From the NCBI GenBank assembly GCA_042216335.1, contig JBDGTY010000047.1, positions 1 through 11,115 on the forward strand: 11,115 bases of DNA. The letters run 5' to 3'. Shown in pieces: positions 7,160 through 11,115 of the stretch; position 1 is the stretch's first letter; each line of letters starts with the position of its first letter. Source of the DNA: Candidatus Nanohalobium sp. GTDB taxonomy: Archaea; Nanohalarchaeota; Nanosalinia; Nanosalinales; Nanosalinaceae. The notes below the pieces were generated by a model, which did not search any database, was not told where the DNA came from, and saw only the letters and a list, made by a program, of their open reading frames with translations. The translations under genes and the position numbers were made by a program.

Positions 7160-7576
7160 TTATTCCTCGGCCTGCTGTTGCTGCATCTGCATTTGCATCT
7201 GCTGCATCTGCTGCTGTAGCTCCTGCAGGTTCTCTTCAAGTTCTTCCTTCGTCTCGTTCAGCTTACTTTTCTCCTCTTTGAGAGCTTCGGCCGCTTCATC
7301 ATTCTCTCTTTTCTGGTATGTGTCTCCTCCGATGTTTGTGACGACCTTGTCCGTTTCCTGGATCTTCGCTGTTACAAATGCTCCTCTACCGATAGGCGCA
7401 AGGATCTCATCACCTTCACTAACGTTGTCGAGACCCTGAATTGCTTCGATGGAGTCTTCTACGTTCTCTCTGCTGTTCTCCACCTGTTCCAGGTATTCCT
7501 GTATCTCTTCCATCTGCTGCTGGATCTGCTGGTACTGCTGCATCATCTGCTGCTGGCCCTGAGGCTGTTCCGGCAT
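7160..7576 (-). CDS. pfdA: Prefoldin subunit alpha
   Basis: EILAPIGRGAFVTAKI...VVTNIGGD beta-hairpins between coiled coils; lies between rpl18a and ftsY. Confidence 0.93.
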   Translation of the reverse strand: MPEQPQGQQQMMQQYQQIQQQMEEIQEYLEQVENSRENVEDSIEAIQGLDNVSEGDEILAPIGRGAFVTAKIQETDKVVTNIGGDTYQKRENDEAAEALKEEKSKLNETKEELEENLQELQQQMQQMQMQMQQQQAEE

Positions 7577-7579
7577 AGA

Positions 7580-7759
7580 TTACTCGACCTCCTCTGAGTC
7601 TTCTATCTCGATGCTGCTTCTCGGCACAGAATGCTTGCTGCCGAGTTCGGCGTATACCTTGTCTTCAGCATGTTTTTCGCTTTCAGCCTCTACTTCACGT
7701 GTGAAGGGCTGCGTCTCCCTCCCGAGCTTGATCTCTCCTGAGAACTTGTACTCTGTCAT
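7580..7759 (-). CDS. rpl18a: 50S ribosomal protein L18Ae (LX)
   Basis: Start ATG 7759 (MTEYKFSG), 59 aa; FTREVEAESEKHAEDKVYAELGSKH...IEI motif; conserved synteny with pfdA. Confidence 0.93.
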   Translation of the reverse strand: MTEYKFSGEIKLGRETQPFTREVEAESEKHAEDKVYAELGSKHSVPRSSIEIEDSEEVE

Positions 7760-7837
7760 ATAAGACCTGTTCCCGTGGAAATCTTTTAAACTCTCAGCCA
7801 GTTCGTGCCAGCAAATCGACATAACAGGTTTTCCCTT

Positions 7838-8587
7838 TCAGGATTTAATCTTGAATCCTTCTTCTCTCAAAGCGTTTTCTACTGTCTTTCTGACCTTGCT
7901 GTAGGGCGGTGACTGCGGTAGAAGATCTGATAGGTCTCTTCTGTAATCTTCCTCATCGGGAAAGCTGATTTCGATCTGGCCGGATGTCTTTCGATCTACA
8001 AGGTCCTTTTCTATCCCTGTATTATCTATGAGGAACCAGATGTCGAAAAGGTCTCTTCCCTTGGATCTATCGTTCATCGCCGCTATCTTCTCCGCCAGTA
8101 TCTCCTCCAGCTGCATCACGGTGAGGAAGTAGGACGGGATATCGGGATAGGGGCTTCTGACCTGTTTCACATCTGTTTCAAGCATAGTACCCGTTCTCTT
8201 CCCCGCATCAATCTGGATAGTGTTTGTCGAATTCCTGCTGCCGCTGTAGAAAGGCCCTTCAAACCTGAGATGGGCGGTGTAGGAAGAGCTTTCTTCAAAC
8301 GTCTCCGATCTCTCAAACTCCGCGGCTATACCCAGTCTCTCGAATGCCTCAACCCCGTCTTTCACCACTTTTTCAATCTCTTCAGGAGCCATCTCTGTGT
8401 TGAAGTCAAGATCCTCGGAGAACCTGGGAAGATTATAGCATATCTTCAGGCATGTACCGCCCTTGAAAACCAGATCTTCGCCGGAAATCTCTCTGAGAAA
8501 GATGTGCTGGAGATACTCTTTCTCCTGGTAGTACGGGTTTATCTGGTTCTTTTCGGCGATCTGTTTCAGCTTTCTCTCTGTAATCAT
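7838..8587 (-). CDS. AbiEii/AbiGii nucleotidyltransferase toxin (type IV TA)
   Basis: EKEY, LVFKGGTCL, RFSEDLDF, EILAEKI and RSKGRDLFD motifs. Confidence 0.95.
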   Translation of the reverse strand: MITERKLKQIAEKNQINPYYQEKEYLQHIFLREISGEDLVFKGGTCLKICYNLPRFSEDLDFNTEMAPEEIEKVVKDGVEAFERLGIAAEFERSETFEESSSYTAHLRFEGPFYSGSRNSTNTIQIDAGKRTGTMLETDVKQVRSPYPDIPSYFLTVMQLEEILAEKIAAMNDRSKGRDLFDIWFLIDNTGIEKDLVDRKTSGQIEISFPDEEDYRRDLSDLLPQSPPYSKVRKTVENALREEGFKIKS

Positions 8588-9327
8588 TCTGTACCCTCGT
8601 ATACGTTATCCTCAATTAAGCAGTTTTTCACACGTTCACCTTCTCCCTTCGACGGATCCAGTTTCACGTAGCTCCCCGAGACATTCAGATCGTTATCCAG
8701 ATTTTTACGCTCCAGAAGGTATTTCAGCCTCTTCTTCACGGAGGAAATACCCATCTTCTCAGCGTAGTACTCCAGTTTTTCAAAATCAAGATCCTCTCCC
8801 AGAGACTTCTCAACCTCGGTTATCCCCCCCGAATACCGGGGAAGATGCAGAGAATCGATTACGGCTTTCTCTGGCTCCGCCATGAAACCATCCTCCTTCT
8901 CGTATCCGAAAAGATAATCCGGCTTGAACCTGACAAAATCAATCCTGTGGTCTCTGAACTCTATCTCCGAGGAATTCTGCGCGTTGACAACGTATACAGT
9001 CCTCGGCAGCTGATCCGTCAAGCCGTGATACGAAAGCGCTGACCAGAAAGAGATATACGACGGCCAGTAAATTCCGGAAGCCACCTCGTAGAGAGAAACA
9101 TCGTAGTTAGGAATATCAAGAACGTAACGGCCACTCACAGGCACCTCCAGCAAATCCTTCTCTTTAAGGTTGGAAACCAATCTGTAACACTTATCCCTGT
9201 CAAAACCCAGTCCTTTCTCCATATCCTTCCTGGTGAAAACCTTCAGCTCACTCTCCACCACAAACTCAACCAGGCTGTACTCCGACCTCGACAGCGACTT
9301 GTAATTTTTCCTCTCAATCTCCGACAT
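8584..9327 (-). CDS. AbiEi-family antitoxin / transcriptional regulator
   Basis: Start ATG 9327; N-terminal wHTH, PSYISFWSALSYHGLTDQLP and AEPEKAVIDSL; ATGA overlap with AbiEii. Confidence 0.92.
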   Translation of the reverse strand: MSEIERKNYKSLSRSEYSLVEFVVESELKVFTRKDMEKGLGFDRDKCYRLVSNLKEKDLLEVPVSGRYVLDIPNYDVSLYEVASGIYWPSYISFWSALSYHGLTDQLPRTVYVVNAQNSSEIEFRDHRIDFVRFKPDYLFGYEKEDGFMAEPEKAVIDSLHLPRYSGGITEVEKSLGEDLDFEKLEYYAEKMGISSVKKRLKYLLERKNLDNDLNVSGSYVKLDPSKGEGERVKNCLIEDNVYEGTE

Positions 9328-9465
9328 AACAGCAGAAAATAGGGAAAAATTATACTTAAAGCTTTTGACATCTCTTTTCAAAGAAAGACCCAACTCCTAC
9401 TTCAAGCACCATAGAACCTGGCTAAAAACTCCGCCCCTCTTTTTCCCGTAGCATCGTAGCAGAAA

Positions 9466-9858
9466 TCATAGCCCCGCAAGTTTTTCAGCGACTTCCAGCC
9501 TCGCGACCTTCGACCGGGTCTCTCCCTCCACCGGCAGCGTCTGAGTCAGATGGTTTCTGGCCTCATCGTATTCTCCGTTTTCGACAGCCTCTCTCGTACC
9601 TCCGATAGTCTCCGACTTCAGCTCATCCCGAAGTTCGTCAAGTCTTTCATCACCGGCTTTTCTGTGGAATGTTCTGACACCTTCCTCTACCTCGTATTCC
9701 ACAAGTTCTTCCTGCATAAGGTTCTGAAGTATTTTCTGGCATCTTCCGGTTCTGAGGCCTGTCTCCTCCGCTAATTTCTGTTTTCTCTCCTTCTCTTCCA
9801 GGTTGTTCAGTACTGCGTGGTGTGCCGGGTCGAGGACGAGTTTCTGCCAGGTTTCCAT
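9466..9858 (-). CDS. Winged helix-turn-helix domain protein
   Basis: QKLAEETGL...CQKILQNLMQEELVEY...RTF pattern; 130 aa; divergent from the peptidase gene. Confidence 0.7.
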   Translation of the reverse strand: METWQKLVLDPAHHAVLNNLEEKERKQKLAEETGLRTGRCQKILQNLMQEELVEYEVEEGVRTFHRKAGDERLDELRDELKSETIGGTREAVENGEYDEARNHLTQTLPVEGETRSKVARLEVAEKLAGL

Positions 9859-9896
9859 GTAGAAGTTTTTATGCTCTTCCCGGTTTAATACTTGGT

Positions 9897-10694
9897 ATGC
9901 TGGTAGACTTCTCCCACATACTCACGTTCTCCATGTTGTTTATAGCGGCAGTTTTCGACGTGAGAAGCGAACTGGGAGATGTACCCGATGTGTTCCCGGC
10001 TGCGGCAGTTGTCGGAGGTATTGTTCTGCATGCGGCACAGGCCTATATCATCGGCTCCTGGCAACCACTGCTCTACTCACTCGGCGTCGGAGCAGTCTTC
10101 TCTGTGTACGGCTGGGCAGCGTACTGGAAAGGGATGTGGGGAGGAGCTGATGCGTTTGCTCTTTCCGCTCTCGGGTTCGGAGCACCTTACCTGACTCTCT
10201 CCCTTCCGGGAGTCGTGAGGCACTCCACCAGCCTGTTCATAAACATAGTCCTGGTCGCCTTCATCTACACACTGGTCTTCTCGGTTGTCAGAGCTTTCAG
10301 GAAGGAAGGATTTTTCAGTGAGCTAGTGGAGAGATTCAAGGGATTCAGGAAGGAGATCTCACTGGTCGCCGGCTTCGGCCTCGTCGCATTCGGCATCTTC
10401 GACCCGATATACGCACTCGGAGTCTACACACTCATACTGCTCAGCACCTTCACGTTCCTCTTCCTGAAAACAGTGGAGGAATACGCCATGGTAGAGAAAG
10501 TCGACGCCGACGAACTCAACGGCGGAGAAGTCCTCAAAGGCGACAGAATACGGGGAGTAACCGCCGAAGAAGCAAAGGAACTAAACGGAGAAGTCGAAGT
10601 CGTCCACGGATTGCGTTTCCTGCCCGTCTTCCCAATCGCGCTTCTTTTGACGGATGCCGGCCTTACCCTGATCCAGTACTTCCTCTCAGTGTAA
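9897..10694 (+). CDS. A24-family prepilin/preflagellin peptidase (PibD/FlaK-like)
   Basis: Start ATG 9897; multi-TM; catalytic Asp motifs AVFDVR and WGGADA; C-terminal LRFLPVFP. Confidence 0.9.
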   Translation: MLVDFSHILTFSMLFIAAVFDVRSELGDVPDVFPAAAVVGGIVLHAAQAYIIGSWQPLLYSLGVGAVFSVYGWAAYWKGMWGGADAFALSALGFGAPYLTLSLPGVVRHSTSLFINIVLVAFIYTLVFSVVRAFRKEGFFSELVERFKGFRKEISLVAGFGLVAFGIFDPIYALGVYTLILLSTFTFLFLKTVEEYAMVEKVDADELNGGEVLKGDRIRGVTAEEAKELNGEVEVVHGLRFLPVFPIALLLTDAGLTLIQYFLSV

Positions 10695-11115
10695 TGACAC
10701 CTACCCTCCTCTCCCAGGCAGAAGATCAACGGTTTTCCCACTCGGCAGTTCGATGGCATCTTCAGAACTGACCAGGCCCCGAGCAAAGAGATTCCCGAAC
10801 AGTTTGATGTGAAACTGCAGGCCCTTATGCGCTTAATTGAACCTCTTATGCTTCTCGGAGGGGAGGTTCGAGTAGGTCAGACCGTAGTCGTCATCTCAGT
10901 TGCGATTCGTTCGAGCGAATCGATTGCACCGACCAGCGTATGCCCGTTCGGAACATCACACGGAACGCTCGATGCTTCCGTCACTCCTCAAATCTTATCG
11001 AGGCCGGATTGCTTGAGAGTCATGATTTGATGGATCCCGTCCTGCTCTGGACCTCGGCGCAGGAAGCGTCATCGGTCGGTCGTTAGTCTTCCCGCACCAT
11101 ATCACGGTCAGCCGA
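10689..11115 (-). ncRNA. Putative large structured RNA or element end, truncated by the window edge
   Basis: No credible ORF over more than 400 nt; many nested stems; shares motifs with 3035-3441. Strand is tentative. Confidence 0.5.

Noticed and set aside
251-10194. Numerous other ORF-track entries antisense to or out of frame with called genes
   Set aside because: Shadow ORFs of well-supported genes.
10424-11030. ORFs 10424-10786 (-) and 10809-11030 (+)
   Set aside because: The first is largely antisense to the peptidase; both have atypical composition and no motifs.
10689-11115. SRP RNA, group I intron or group II intron
   Set aside because: CCAGGCCCCGAGC and GAGGTCCAGAGCAG only partly resemble SRP helix 8. 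The minus-strand GACTAC has no downstream TAGTC partner for P7. No group II domain V was found, and no interrupted gene is visible.
11083-11115. Minus-strand frame SADRDMVRED* as a TnpB C-terminus (DRD motif)
   Set aside because: Lacks the NAAxNI that normally follows and only 10 codons are visible; cannot be supported without upstream sequence.
1-11115. CRISPR array, tRNA or rRNA
   Set aside because: No regularly spaced direct repeats or cloverleaf found; the GTTCGA hits at 10748 and 10866 lack tRNA context.

Overview
Archaeal chromosomal window with very acidic proteins, tight gene packing and apparently leaderless genes; a Nanohaloarchaeota-like (DPANN) halophile is inferred. The core is the minus-strand cluster rpl18a(LX)-pfdA-ftsY plus srp54 (ffh), split and flanked by accessory genes. 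These include three toxin-antitoxin pairs (AbrB/MazE-VapC, MNT-HEPN, AbiEi-AbiEii), an operon of two apparent pseudoenzymes (alpha/beta-hydrolase fold and DUF429-like), a CheD-like putative deamidase, hypotheticals, a wHTH protein and an A24 prepilin peptidase. The most notable signal is non-coding: two roughly 400-nt, densely base-paired segments (3035-3441 and 10689 to beyond 11115) that share short motifs. The first looks like a protein-less IS200/IS605 (TnpB omega-RNA-like) element: TTTAT on one side, a GAAG-hairpin-TCAC end on the other, and a possible long-range pseudoknot. It appears to have inserted into a TATA box. All structure calls were made by eye and need computational confirmation.
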